Shown here piece by piece: positions 40,905 through 50,027 of a stretch of DNA of 64,000 bases. Position numbers and translations under genes: made by a program. Each line of letters opens with the position of its first letter. The first letter of the stretch is position 1. The notes under the pieces were generated by a model that searched no databases, had not been told where the DNA came from, and saw only the letters and a program-made list of their open reading frames with translations. Source of the DNA: an uncultured Chloroflexia bacterium (lineage in GTDB: Bacteria; Chloroflexota; Limnocylindria; Limnocylindrales; CSP1-4); assembly GCA_963720755.1 (NCBI GenBank), contig CAVRGP010000002.1, positions 1 to 64,000 of the forward strand, given 5' to 3'.

Positions 40905-41647
40905 GTGCCACGGACTACAGCGGGCCTGATCGCCGACGCGGCGGTCCGGAGAAGCGCGCCGCCAACGAGATCACCAGGATCCTGGTGGTGGACGACCACG
41001 CCCTCTTCCGGATGGGGATCGCCAACATCCTGGGCCACGAGGCGGACTTCGACATCGTGGCCGAAGCCGAAGATTCGCGAAGCGCCATCGACCGCGCGCT
41101 GGAGACCTCGCCGGACATCATCCTCATGGACCTGTCGCTGCCCGCTCCGGGTGGCATCGAGACGACCCAGCGGATCAAGCGCGAGTTGCCATCCACCGGG
41201 ATCATCGTCCTGGCCCAGACCGAGGACGAGGACGCCCTGTTCGATGCGATCAAGGCCGGCGCCGCAGCGTTCATCCTGAAGGACGTCGGCCCGGACGATC
41301 TCGTCACCATCATCCGGCGGGTCGTCGCCGGCGAGTACCTCATCAACGACAAGGTCTTCTCCAAGCCGGCCGTCGCCTCGCGGGTCCTCAAGGAGTTCCG
41401 CGAGCTCGCCGTCTACGGTCAGGACGCTGCGCCGATCTTCGCGCCGCTGTCCCCGCGCGAGGTGGAGATCCTGGACAACATCGCCCAGGGCATGACCAAC
41501 AAGCAGGTCGCCTACGCGCTGTCCATCAGCGAACAGACGGTCAAGAACCACATGAGCTCCATCCTGCGCAAGCTGTCCGTGAACGACCGGACCCAGGCCG
41601 TGGTCTATGCCATGCGCCAGGGCTGGATCCGGATGCCGGAGGACTGA
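40901..41647 (+). CDS. NarL/LuxR (DegU-like) response regulator
   Basis: ILVVDDH, ILMD, LK, LSPREVEIL..IAQG.TNK, ISEQTVKNH. Confidence 0.92.
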   Translation: MSATDYSGPDRRRGGPEKRAANEITRILVVDDHALFRMGIANILGHEADFDIVAEAEDSRSAIDRALETSPDIILMDLSLPAPGGIETTQRIKRELPSTGIIVLAQTEDEDALFDAIKAGAAAFILKDVGPDDLVTIIRRVVAGEYLINDKVFSKPAVASRVLKEFRELAVYGQDAAPIFAPLSPREVEILDNIAQGMTNKQVAYALSISEQTVKNHMSSILRKLSVNDRTQAVVYAMRQGWIRMPED

Positions 41648-41658
41648 TCCCCAGCGAC

Positions 41659-42960
41659 ATGACCGAGTCAGCACCCTCCGAGGCGCCGCCAGCGAACCTG
41701 CCTGAACTCTCCGGGCGGATGGCGGACGACCTCGCGAGCCTGGATAAGGAGCTCGCCGAGATCGACCTCCTGATCACCCAGGCGAAGACCGAGGCCGACC
41801 GGCACGAGACCAGGCGGGTGGCAGGCGCGGAGAAGATCGACGCGGCCCACAAGACCGCCGAGTCCGCCGGAACCGCCATGGACCCGGCCCTGGCCGCAGA
41901 CCTGAACGCCCAGCTCGTCCTGCTGACGAAGCGTGCGGCGCTCATGGAGACCCAGGTCGAAGTACTGGAAGGCAAGCGAAAAGTCCTCGGCCGCTACCGC
42001 GACAGTATGGCCGCCTACCTCGGAATACTGGCAGCGATAGGCGACGTGCCTGTGTCATCCGACGCCGCCCGATCCAGCCAGTCCGGAACCGCGATCCCGA
42101 TCGGGACCGTTGCCGCGACGGCCGCGAGGAAGGCCGCCGGGGCAGGCGTCGATCCGGCCGTCTCGCGGCTGCTCCTGGACGCGCAGGAGGACCTGCGCCG
42201 TGAGATCGCCCGGACGATGCACGACGGCCCGGCCCAGAGCCTGACCAACATCGTCCTCCAGGCCCAGATCGTCGAGCGGCTCGTGGCAAGCGACCCGACG
42301 AGCGCGGAGCCGGAAGTTCGTGAACTGATCGCGATGGTCCAGCGCAGCCTGGAAGCCACCAAGTCGTTCATCTTCGACGTTCGGCCGATGGTCCTCGACG
42401 ACCTCGGCCTCGTGCCGACCTTGCGGCGGGCCACCCGCGAGCGCGCCAAGCGCGCCGGTATCCCCATCGACTTCGATTCCATGGGGACGGACCGTCGCCT
42501 GCCGATGGACCTCGAGACCGGGTTGTTCCGGATCCTGGACGAGGCGATGGAGGCCTACGTCGCGGGCCAGGCCACGTGGGTCACCGTCCGGCTCGACTGG
42601 GCCGAACAATTCGAGGCGCACGTCACGGCCTACAGAGAGATGGCCCAGGCGGAACCGGCTGCCACGCCCGAGACGGCGCCCGACGCCGACCTCCCGCCGG
42701 CGCTGGCGGCGATGATGGAGGATCGACGAGCGGACGCACGAGATGCCGTGGAAGCCGCGAAGCGGGATTCGGTCGTGGCCCTGCCTCCGTCCACCTGGCG
42801 CGAGATCGAGGGCCGGGCGACGACGCTCGGGCTGGTGGCGGAATTGCTCAAGGACGGCGCCGAGGTGCGGATCGTCGGCGACCTTGCGGCCGACACGCCC
42901 GATGCGATCGCCGCCGCGGAGGCGGCCGCGGTGGAGGCGGCCGCCACGGACGCATCCTGA
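41659..42960 (+). CDS. Coiled-coil HisKA_3 protein with degenerate ATPase domain
   Basis: QEDLRREIAR.MHDGPAQSL, RPMVLDDLGL; N-box Asn and DxGxG absent. Confidence 0.8.
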   Translation: MTESAPSEAPPANLPELSGRMADDLASLDKELAEIDLLITQAKTEADRHETRRVAGAEKIDAAHKTAESAGTAMDPALAADLNAQLVLLTKRAALMETQVEVLEGKRKVLGRYRDSMAAYLGILAAIGDVPVSSDAARSSQSGTAIPIGTVAATAARKAAGAGVDPAVSRLLLDAQEDLRREIARTMHDGPAQSLTNIVLQAQIVERLVASDPTSAEPEVRELIAMVQRSLEATKSFIFDVRPMVLDDLGLVPTLRRATRERAKRAGIPIDFDSMGTDRRLPMDLETGLFRILDEAMEAYVAGQATWVTVRLDWAEQFEAHVTAYREMAQAEPAATPETAPDADLPPALAAMMEDRRADARDAVEAAKRDSVVALPPSTWREIEGRATTLGLVAELLKDGAEVRIVGDLAADTPDAIAAAEAAAVEAAATDAS

Positions 42961-43121
42961 TGCGACGACTGACGTCGCGCGGTCAGGGCGTCGTTGAATA
43001 CGGTTTGATCCTGGCCCTGACCAGCATCTTCACGGTGCTCATCCTGGGGGTCTTCGGCGGGACGCTGGCCGATTTCCTGAGTCTCGTCGGTAGCGCGATC
43101 GACGCCGCGACCGGCGGCTGA
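42960..43121 (+). CDS. flp: Flp-family type IVc pilin (divergent, minor)
   Basis: RGQG/VVEYGLILAL; TGATG overlap with the kinase gene. Confidence 0.8.
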   Translation: MRRLTSRGQGVVEYGLILALTSIFTVLILGVFGGTLADFLSLVGSAIDAATGG

Positions 43122-43246
43122 CCGCCGAGAGTCCGGGCACCACCCCCGGTACCATCATCCTAGTGTCTATTTGCGGGATCAGTCCCTATATTCGAGACAT
43201 GCCCTCGATCTTCCGGGGGGATCGTCATCATCTGGGAGGCTGCCAC

Positions 43247-43417
43247 ATGGCACTCATCACCACGCTCCTCGCCTCGCTTCGCAGCGACGAGGAAGGCCAG
43301 GGACTGGCCGAGTACGCGCTGATCCTCGCCCTCATCGCGATCGTCGCGATCATCGCCCTCATCTTCCTGGGCGGCCAGGTCAGCACGATCCTGAACACGG
43401 TCGGCAACTCCGTCTAG
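43247..43417 (+). CDS. flp: Flp pilin
   Basis: EEGQG/LAEYALILALIA; SD GGAGG. Confidence 0.92.
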   Translation: MALITTLLASLRSDEEGQGLAEYALILALIAIVAIIALIFLGGQVSTILNTVGNSV

Positions 43418-43435
43418 GACCCGATCGCGTCGCAC

Positions 43436-43476
43436 GAACCGCCGACCCCACGGGGCTCGGCGGTTCTTCATTTCTT
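43436..43476 (+). terminator. Intrinsic terminator-like hairpin
   Basis: GAACCGCCGA...TCGGCGGTTC followed by a T-rich tail. Confidence 0.7.
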
Positions 43477-43503
43477 GGTGCGGTTATAGGGCATCTGGGT
43501 CTC

Positions 43504-43532
43504 TTGACACGCCGCTTGACCGCCCGTACCGT
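43504..43532 (+). promoter_or_regulatory. Sigma70-type promoter
   Basis: TTGACA-17 nt-TACCGT upstream of flp at 43585. Confidence 0.7.
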
Positions 43533-43584
43533 TTCCCAGCCCGCAGCGATCCTGCGGAGATCTCACGGAAAGGAGGGAACCAAC

Positions 43585-43755
43585 ATGACACAGCTCATCG
43601 CACTCATCTCGTCCATCCGCAACGACGACGAAGGCCAGGGTCTGGCCGAGTACGCGCTGATCCTCGCCCTCATCGCGATCGTCGCGATCATCGCGCTCAT
43701 CTTCCTGGGCGGCCAGGTCAGCACGATCCTCAACACGGTCGGCAGCTCCGTCTAG
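43585..43755 (+). CDS. flp: Flp pilin (near-identical to 43247..43417)
   Basis: DEGQG/LAEYALILALIA; SD AAGGAGG. Confidence 0.92.
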   Translation: MTQLIALISSIRNDDEGQGLAEYALILALIAIVAIIALIFLGGQVSTILNTVGSSV

Positions 43756-43780
43756 GACGGTCCACTCCATGGCAGATCGG

Positions 43781-43810
43781 AGCCGCCGGCGCCGTAAGGC
43801 CCGGCGGCTT
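43781..43810 (+). terminator. Hairpin after flp
   Basis: AGCCGCCGG...CCGGCGGCT. Confidence 0.55.
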
Positions 43811-43858
43811 CAACGTTCCGGTGGTGCATGGACGCCGACGGAACCTACCAACGGCCTA

Positions 43859-43886
43859 TTGACACTCGCGCAGCCGACCGTATGTT
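43859..43886 (+). promoter_or_regulatory. Sigma70-type promoter
   Basis: TTGACA-16 nt-TATGTT upstream of flp at 43919. Confidence 0.6.
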
Positions 43887-43918
43887 GGCGGTAAGTCTTC
43901 GAGAAAGGAGGTTCATGC

Positions 43919-44110
43919 ATGACCAGACTCGCGCCCGTCCTCGCGATCATCGACCGGCTTCGCCGGGATGACGAAGGCCAGGGCCTCGCCGAATACGCTC
44001 TTATCCTCGCTCTCATCGCGATCGTCGCTATCGTCGCCCTCCTCTTCATGGGTTCCCAGGTCAGCGACAAGCTGAACGTCATCGGTACCACGTTGCAATC
44101 CATCCAGTAG
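43919..44110 (+). CDS. flp: Flp pilin
   Basis: DEGQG/LAEYALILALIA; SD AAAGGAGG. Confidence 0.92.
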   Translation: MTRLAPVLAIIDRLRRDDEGQGLAEYALILALIAIVAIVALLFMGSQVSDKLNVIGTTLQSIQ

Positions 44111-44123
44111 GACTTCGATCTTC

Positions 44124-44154
44124 AAGGCCCGCCGAGCGATCGCTGGCGGGCCTT
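44124..44154 (+). terminator. Hairpin after flp
   Basis: AAGGCCCGCC...GGCGGGCCTT. Confidence 0.6.
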
Positions 44155-44345
44155 CGCATGTCCGCGGGCCCTGACGGCACTCCCGCTGGCCCCCAGGAAC
44201 GCAACCTTGCAGATTTCCTTGCACCATGCGTGCGTTCCTGCTTTTTCCTACCAATAGTCCTAGCCCTTTGGTATAGTCGCGCGGCTCTGGGGCGGTGCTA
44301 GAGTGGTGCCACCTGTCACACCAGCTTTGATCGGGGAGAATCAAC

Positions 44346-45239
44346 TTGAGACGCTCAAATCGCCTTGTCCTGCTCGTCGGGGTCTTCCTGGCGATCGTGG
44401 CCTTCGTCGGCATCATCCTGCTCAGTTCGAGCACCCCCAAGTCGAATGGTCCGGAGGCGGCTCCGACGACCGGTCCGGTCGTCGTCGCATCGGCGGATAT
44501 CCCGCTATCGACGCGCATCGCGGCCAACCAGATCACGACCAAGACCGTGGACCTGACGGCGATCCTGCCGGGTGCGTTCACCGATCCCTCCCAGGTGATC
44601 GGCCAGATCGCCCGCGAGCAAGTCACGGCCGGCGCGCAGATCACGAGCGAAACGCTCAGCGGCAACAACGGCCAGATCACAACGATCGACTGTCCGGCCA
44701 CCCTGCGCTGCATGTCTGTCCAGGTGGACCAGGTCAGCGGCGTGGGCACGGTCATCAAGACCGGTGACTACGTGGACATGGTCGTCGGCCTGACCGCTGA
44801 CAAGTTCCCGGTCATCACGATCAACCCGGTCGATAGCTCCGTGACGGTCGTCTCCGGCCTCAACAGCACCAGCGTCAAACTGCTGCTCCAGGGCATGCAG
44901 GTCATGGGCACGCTGCTGCCGACCCCGGCGCCGACAACCGACACCGGGACAGAAACACCGGCCCCGTCAGCGGGTGACACGACAGCCCTCAACGGCCAGC
45001 AGCAGATCGTCATCCTTGCGGTGACGGCTCAGCAGGCCGAGGTCCTGAAGTTCGCCCAGATGGACGGCAACGTCTCGCTGGCCCTGCGATCGTCAGCCGA
45101 CTTCATCGATCCGGTCACGGGCGAGCCCGTGCTGCCGGTCGACGCGGTGACGACTGGCGTGACGCTCAAGGTGTTGGTGGACTCCTACGGTGTCCTGCCA
45201 CCCGAAGTCGTCCAGACCGTCACGCCGAAGAAGCCGTAG
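44346..45239 (+). CDS. cpaB: Flp pilus assembly protein CpaB/RcpC
   Basis: N-terminal TM, SAF-like VVVA..DIP, GV...I..GD.VD, LALR. Confidence 0.88.
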   Translation: MRRSNRLVLLVGVFLAIVAFVGIILLSSSTPKSNGPEAAPTTGPVVVASADIPLSTRIAANQITTKTVDLTAILPGAFTDPSQVIGQIAREQVTAGAQITSETLSGNNGQITTIDCPATLRCMSVQVDQVSGVGTVIKTGDYVDMVVGLTADKFPVITINPVDSSVTVVSGLNSTSVKLLLQGMQVMGTLLPTPAPTTDTGTETPAPSAGDTTALNGQQQIVILAVTAQQAEVLKFAQMDGNVSLALRSSADFIDPVTGEPVLPVDAVTTGVTLKVLVDSYGVLPPEVVQTVTPKKP

Positions 45240-45251
45240 CGGAATCCTGAT

Positions 45252-45276
45252 CGGGGACGCGCCTGGCGCGTCCCCG
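45252..45276. repeat. Perfect GC hairpin between cpaB and cpaE
   Basis: CGGGGACGCGCC-T-GGCGCGTCCCCG. Confidence 0.6.
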
Positions 45277-45316
45277 GCCACCGCATCCACCCACCGCAAG
45301 GACCGACCAGAGCGAG

Positions 45317-46576
45317 ATGACTGACCAGATCCGTGTCCTCGTCGTTGACGACATCGCCGAAACCCGCGATCACCTCACGAAGCTTCTTGGCTTCGAGAGC
45401 GACATCGAGGTTGTCGGCGCGGCTGGCTCCGGTCGTGAAGCGCTGGAGCTGGCCGGCCAGCTGAACCCGGATGTCGTCCTCATGGACATCAACATGCCGG
45501 GCATGGATGGCATCGCGACGACGGAGCAGCTCTCCTCGACTGTCCCGAACGCGTCCGTCGTGATGATGTCCGTCCAGGGTGAAGCGGACTACCTCCGCCG
45601 ATCCATGCTGGCCGGCGCCCGGGAGTTTCTCGTCAAGCCATTCAGCAGCGACGAACTGACCGCCTCCATCCGACAGGTGAGCGCGCGCGAGCGCGACAAG
45701 CAAAGCCGGCTCGCCGCCACACCGGCGACGATCGGCGGCGGGGGTGGCGACCGGACCGGTGGTGACGGCGAGCCCGGCACCGTCGTGGCCGTGTTCAGCC
45801 CCAAGGGCGGTGTCGGGCGAACGACCGTCGCGGTCAACCTGGCCGTCGCCGCCGCCACGGAGCTGGGCAAGAAGGTCGTCGTCATGGACGCCTCATTCCA
45901 GTTTGGCGATGTCGGTGTCCTGCTCAACCTGAACCCGAAGAGCAAGTCGATCGCAGACCTCATCCCGGAGCTGGAAGCGGGCGAGCTCGAATCGATGGAC
46001 ACGTTCCTGGTCGATCACTCGGCTGGGATCCGCGTCCTCCTCGCCCCGCCATCACCGGAGACCGCCGAGATCATCACGGCAGCCTGGGTCAAGCGGGTCA
46101 TCGAGGGCCTGCGGCGCGACCACGACCTGGTCGTCGTCGATTGCGCCGCATACTTCAATGACACGACGCTGGCGATCCTTGACGCCGCCGACATCATCCT
46201 GACGATGCTGAGTCTCGAGATCACGAGCATCAAGAACATGCGCCTCTTCCTGGAGGTAGCCCAACAGCTTGGCTATGAGAAGGGGAAGGTCCGGCTCGTC
46301 CTCAATCGCGCCGATTCGGCCCTCGGCATCCGGGTCAGCGACGTCGAGACCTCGATCGGACGCAAGGTCGATGAGCAGATCGTGAGCGACGGTCGGAGCG
46401 TGGTCTACGCGCTCAATCGTGGCGTCCCGTTCTTCCTGTCCAATCGGGAGGCCCAGGTCTCCCAGGACATCCTCCGACTCGCCCGGACCGTGACCGGGGA
46501 ACGAGCCGTGGTCGAGGCCGCGGACGAAAGTGCCAAGAAGTCCACTCAGAAGAAGTCGTTGTTCGCATGGCGATGA
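45317..46576 (+). CDS. cpaE: CpaE/TadZ receiver + MinD-like ATPase
   Basis: REC domain (VDD, MDINMP, KPF) plus SPKGGVGRTT. Confidence 0.88.
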   Translation: MTDQIRVLVVDDIAETRDHLTKLLGFESDIEVVGAAGSGREALELAGQLNPDVVLMDINMPGMDGIATTEQLSSTVPNASVVMMSVQGEADYLRRSMLAGAREFLVKPFSSDELTASIRQVSARERDKQSRLAATPATIGGGGGDRTGGDGEPGTVVAVFSPKGGVGRTTVAVNLAVAAATELGKKVVVMDASFQFGDVGVLLNLNPKSKSIADLIPELEAGELESMDTFLVDHSAGIRVLLAPPSPETAEIITAAWVKRVIEGLRRDHDLVVVDCAAYFNDTTLAILDAADIILTMLSLEITSIKNMRLFLEVAQQLGYEKGKVRLVLNRADSALGIRVSDVETSIGRKVDEQIVSDGRSVVYALNRGVPFFLSNREAQVSQDILRLARTVTGERAVVEAADESAKKSTQKKSLFAWR

Positions 46577-46617
46577 CCGCACGCACCTGGCCCGTCCGGG
46601 CGAGAAGGGGGTAAACG

Positions 46618-48039
46618 ATGTCCCTGTTGAAACGGATCGAAAGCGCTCGACCAGGTGCCGACGGCACCGCCGGCGCCGCACCGGGTAAGCCAGGCGCGCC
46701 TGGATCCAACGTTCCGGCACCGCCAGGCGGGGTCCCGGGCGCCCCGACGCCGAGTCGCCTGAGCAGTCAGGCGCCCGTCCGCGAGTCGTTCCGCGACGTC
46801 AAGTTCCGCATCCAGAACCGGGTCATCCAGGACCTGGATCCGAAGCTGGACCTGTCCAACCAGGTCGAGGTCCGACGCCAGATCGAGGAGATCTTCGGCA
46901 AGGTCATCGACGAGGAAGGCCTCGCCCTGACCCGCGCCGAGCGCGTCCGGATGCTCGAGCAGATCACGGACGAGATCATCGGTCTCGGCCCGCTCGAGCC
47001 ACTTCTTCGTGACGAGTCCATCACCGAAGTCATGGTCAACGGCCCGCGCCAGGTCTACATCGAGCGATCGGGCAAGCTTGAACTGACCAACGTGGTCTTC
47101 CAGAACGACGATCACGTCATGCGGATCATCGACCGGATCATCGCCCCCATCGGCCGTCGAGTCGACGAATCGAGCCCGATGGTCGACGCCCGTCTGACCG
47201 ACGGGTCTCGCGTCAACGCCATCATCCCGCCGCTCTCATTGGTCGGCCCCGTCGTCACCATCCGAAAGTTCTCGGCGTCGCCGTTCACCGTGGAGGACCT
47301 CGTCCGCTTCGGCACGGCTACCTCGGACATGTTCGACTTCCTCCGAGCGTGCGTGGAAGCGCGGCTCAACGTGTTCGTGTCCGGCGGCACCGGCTCGGGC
47401 AAGACCACGACCCTCAACGTCCTGTCGTCGTTCATCCCGAACGACGAGCGGATCGTGACGATCGAGGACGCGGCGGAGCTCCAGCTTCGGCAGGAGCACG
47501 TCGTCACCCTTGAGTCGCGCCCACCCAACATCGAGGGCAAGGGCGCCGTCCCCATCCGCGAGCTCGTCCGCAACGCCCTGCGCATGCGGCCCGACCGGAT
47601 CATCGTCGGGGAGTGTCGGTCCGGCGAGGCTTTGGACATGCTCCAGGCCATGAACACCGGCCACGACGGCTCCATGTCCACCGGCCACGCCAACAGCCCG
47701 CGCGACATGCTGTCGCGGCTCGAGACGATGGTCCTGATGGCCGGCGTGGACCTGCCCCTGCGGGCGATCCGCGAGCAGGTCGCGTCCGCCGTCGATCTCA
47801 TCGTCCAGCAGTCCCGGCTCAAGGACGGGACGCGCAAGATCGTCAACATCACCGAGGTCCAGGGCATGGAGGGTGATGTCATCGTCATGCAGGATGTCTT
47901 CATCTTCGAGCAGACCGGCGTCGTCGAGGGCAAGATCCAGGGCCGCCTCAAGGCGACCGGGATCCGGCCCAAGTTCGTCGAGAAGTTCGAGGTCATGGGG
48001 ATCAACCTGCCACCCGGCCTGTTCGGCTTCACCTACTAG
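46618..48039 (+). CDS. tadA: Tad pilus assembly ATPase CpaF/TadA
   Basis: GLGPLEPLL, VDARL.DGSR, GGTGSGKTT, IEDAAEL, LRMRPDRIIVGE. Confidence 0.95.
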   Translation: MSLLKRIESARPGADGTAGAAPGKPGAPGSNVPAPPGGVPGAPTPSRLSSQAPVRESFRDVKFRIQNRVIQDLDPKLDLSNQVEVRRQIEEIFGKVIDEEGLALTRAERVRMLEQITDEIIGLGPLEPLLRDESITEVMVNGPRQVYIERSGKLELTNVVFQNDDHVMRIIDRIIAPIGRRVDESSPMVDARLTDGSRVNAIIPPLSLVGPVVTIRKFSASPFTVEDLVRFGTATSDMFDFLRACVEARLNVFVSGGTGSGKTTTLNVLSSFIPNDERIVTIEDAAELQLRQEHVVTLESRPPNIEGKGAVPIRELVRNALRMRPDRIIVGECRSGEALDMLQAMNTGHDGSMSTGHANSPRDMLSRLETMVLMAGVDLPLRAIREQVASAVDLIVQQSRLKDGTRKIVNITEVQGMEGDVIVMQDVFIFEQTGVVEGKIQGRLKATGIRPKFVEKFEVMGINLPPGLFGFTY

Positions 48040-48062
48040 GCTCGGGAAGGAGTACTGAACCC

Positions 48063-49071
48063 GTGGATACCATGACGCTCGCGGTCGCCGCCGTCGCCGC
48101 CCTGGCGATCATCGTGCTCGCGATCGGCGTTGCGACCTCGGGTGGGTCCGGCATCTCCGACCGGCTCGAGCGCTACGCGGCGAAGCCGGCCGCCAACAAG
48201 GCCGCCAGCGGTCAGGGTGGCGTCGCCGACCTGATCGCCCAGAGCGCCGCCCTCAACAGCCTCAACCGGGTCGTCGAGCAACGCGACTTCGGGGCCAACC
48301 TGGCCCGCGACATCGCCCGGGCGGACCTGCAGCTCAAGCCGTCGGAGTTCCTGGCCATCTGGGCCGGCTCGGTCGTCGGCGTCCCGCTGGCCATGTTCCT
48401 CCTGTCGCCGATCCTGCCCGCGCTGGGCAACCCGATCTTCCTCCTCGTCGGACTGCTCATCGGGTTCATGCTCCCGAGGTTCTGGCTGGCGCGTCGAAAG
48501 AGCGGCCGCCTCGGCGCCTTCAACAAGCAGCTGCCGGATACGATCACCCTGCTGGCCAACGCCCTGCGCGCCGGCTCGTCCTTCCTCCAGGCGGTGGAGC
48601 TGGTGGTCCGCGAATCGCGCCCACCGGTCTCGACCGAGTTCGGCCGCGTCATCCGTGAGGTCAACCTTGGTCTGCCGTTCGAACAGGCCCTGGAGAACAT
48701 GGTCCGCCGGGTCCGCTCGGACGACCTCGAACTGATGGCCACCGCCATCAGCATCCAGCACCAGGTGGGCGGCAACCTCGCCGAGATCCTCGACTCGATC
48801 GCGTACACGATCCGTGAACGCGTCCGGATCAAGGGCGAGATCCGAACGCTGACCGCCCAGCAGCGCATGTCCGGTTACGTCGTGGCGGGTCTCCCGATCG
48901 GGCTGGCCGGCCTTCCTGTTCGTGGCGGCGCCCGGGTTCATGGATCCGATGTTCGCCAATCCGCCGGCCATCCTCGGGCTGCCGGCCGGGGTCATCATCC
49001 TGATGATCGGCGGTTTCATGATGTTCCTCGGGTTCCTGGCCATCCGCAAAATCGTCGACATCGAGGTCTAG
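48063..49071 (+). CDS. tadB: TadB platform protein (1-bp frameshift near 48911)
   Basis: QLPD...LAN.LRAG, EF, GGNLAEIL; C-terminus IRKIVDIEV-stop at 49071 in the shifted frame. Confidence 0.85.
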
Positions 49072-49076
49072 GACTG

Positions 49077-50009
49077 ATGGAAATCTTGCCGATCGTCGTC
49101 GCCGCCCTCGCGGCCGGCGGCATCCTGCTCATCGTCATCGGCTTGTCCGGCGGCCAGTCCGTTGACCCGGTCCAGGCCCGGCTGACCCAGCTTGGGTCCA
49201 TGCAGGCCAAGAACCTCGAGGAACTCGAGCTCCAGCAGCCGTTCATCGAGCGGACCCTGCGGCCCCTCGCCAAGCGCCTGTCCGGTAGCGTGTCCCGGGT
49301 CACGAGCACTTCGTTCAGCGAGCGGACCGAGAAGCGCCTCGCGTTGGCAGGTAACCCTGGCGACATGCGGGTGGCCGACTGGCTCGGGATCAAGGCCGTC
49401 GGCGCGATCATCGGGGCGATCATCTTCTTCGCCCTGTTCGTGCTCCTCGGCGTCATGAGCCTGCCGTTCTTCATCGGGCTGGTGATGACCGCCGTCGGCG
49501 GCTTCTTCGGCTACACCTACCCCGAGTTCTGGCTGGGGGGAAAGATCAAGAAGCGCCAGAAGGCGATCCTCCTGATGATCCCGGACGCACTCGACCTGCT
49601 GACCATCTCCGTGCGGGCCGGTCTCGGGTTCGACGCGGCGCTGGGCAAGGTCGTCGAAAAGCTGGAAGGCCCCCTGTCGGACGAGTTCCGGCGGGCAATG
49701 GCAGAACTCCGAGTCGGCAAGGCGCGACGCGATGCCCTGCGTGACATCGTCGCCCGGACGGAAGTCCCGCCGCTGACCAACTTCATCGGCGCGATCATCC
49801 AGGCCGAGCAACTCGGCGTGTCGATCTCCAAGGTCCTCCAGGTCCAGTCGGAGCAGCTCCGGATCGAACGCCGCCAGCGTGCCGAGGAACAGGCCGCGAA
49901 GGCCCCGATCAAGATGCTGTTCCCGCTCGTCGGCTGCATCTTCCCGTCGCTGTTCATCGTCATCCTTGGCCCGGCGATCATCCTGATCGTCCAGAACCTG
50001 GCCGTCTGA
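49077..50009 (+). CDS. tadC: TadC platform protein
   Basis: PDALDLL...V.AGLGFD, AE.LG.SI, RRQRAEE.A.KAP.KMLFP. Confidence 0.9.
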   Translation: MEILPIVVAALAAGGILLIVIGLSGGQSVDPVQARLTQLGSMQAKNLEELELQQPFIERTLRPLAKRLSGSVSRVTSTSFSERTEKRLALAGNPGDMRVADWLGIKAVGAIIGAIIFFALFVLLGVMSLPFFIGLVMTAVGGFFGYTYPEFWLGGKIKKRQKAILLMIPDALDLLTISVRAGLGFDAALGKVVEKLEGPLSDEFRRAMAELRVGKARRDALRDIVARTEVPPLTNFIGAIIQAEQLGVSISKVLQVQSEQLRIERRQRAEEQAAKAPIKMLFPLVGCIFPSLFIVILGPAIILIVQNLAV

Positions 50010-50027
50010 CCCGGATCACCGCGGATC

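Noticed and set aside
43247-44110. Repeated GAAGGCCAGGG...GCCGAGTACGCGCTGATCCTCGCC units as a CRISPR array or DGR template
   Set aside because: They are paralogous flp coding sequences. There are no regular spacers, cas genes or reverse transcriptase, and the differences are mostly synonymous.
43121-44345. c-di-GMP riboswitch upstream of flp or cpaB
   Set aside because: I found no GEMM-like GGCAAA...GACGCAAA pattern by eye; an Rfam scan would be decisive.
48063-50009. Apparent 648-aa TadB-TadC fusion
   Set aside because: A single extra base near 48911 shifts tadB into the tadC frame. The true TadB end (IRKIVDIEV-stop 49071) and the tadC ATG 49077 are both visible.
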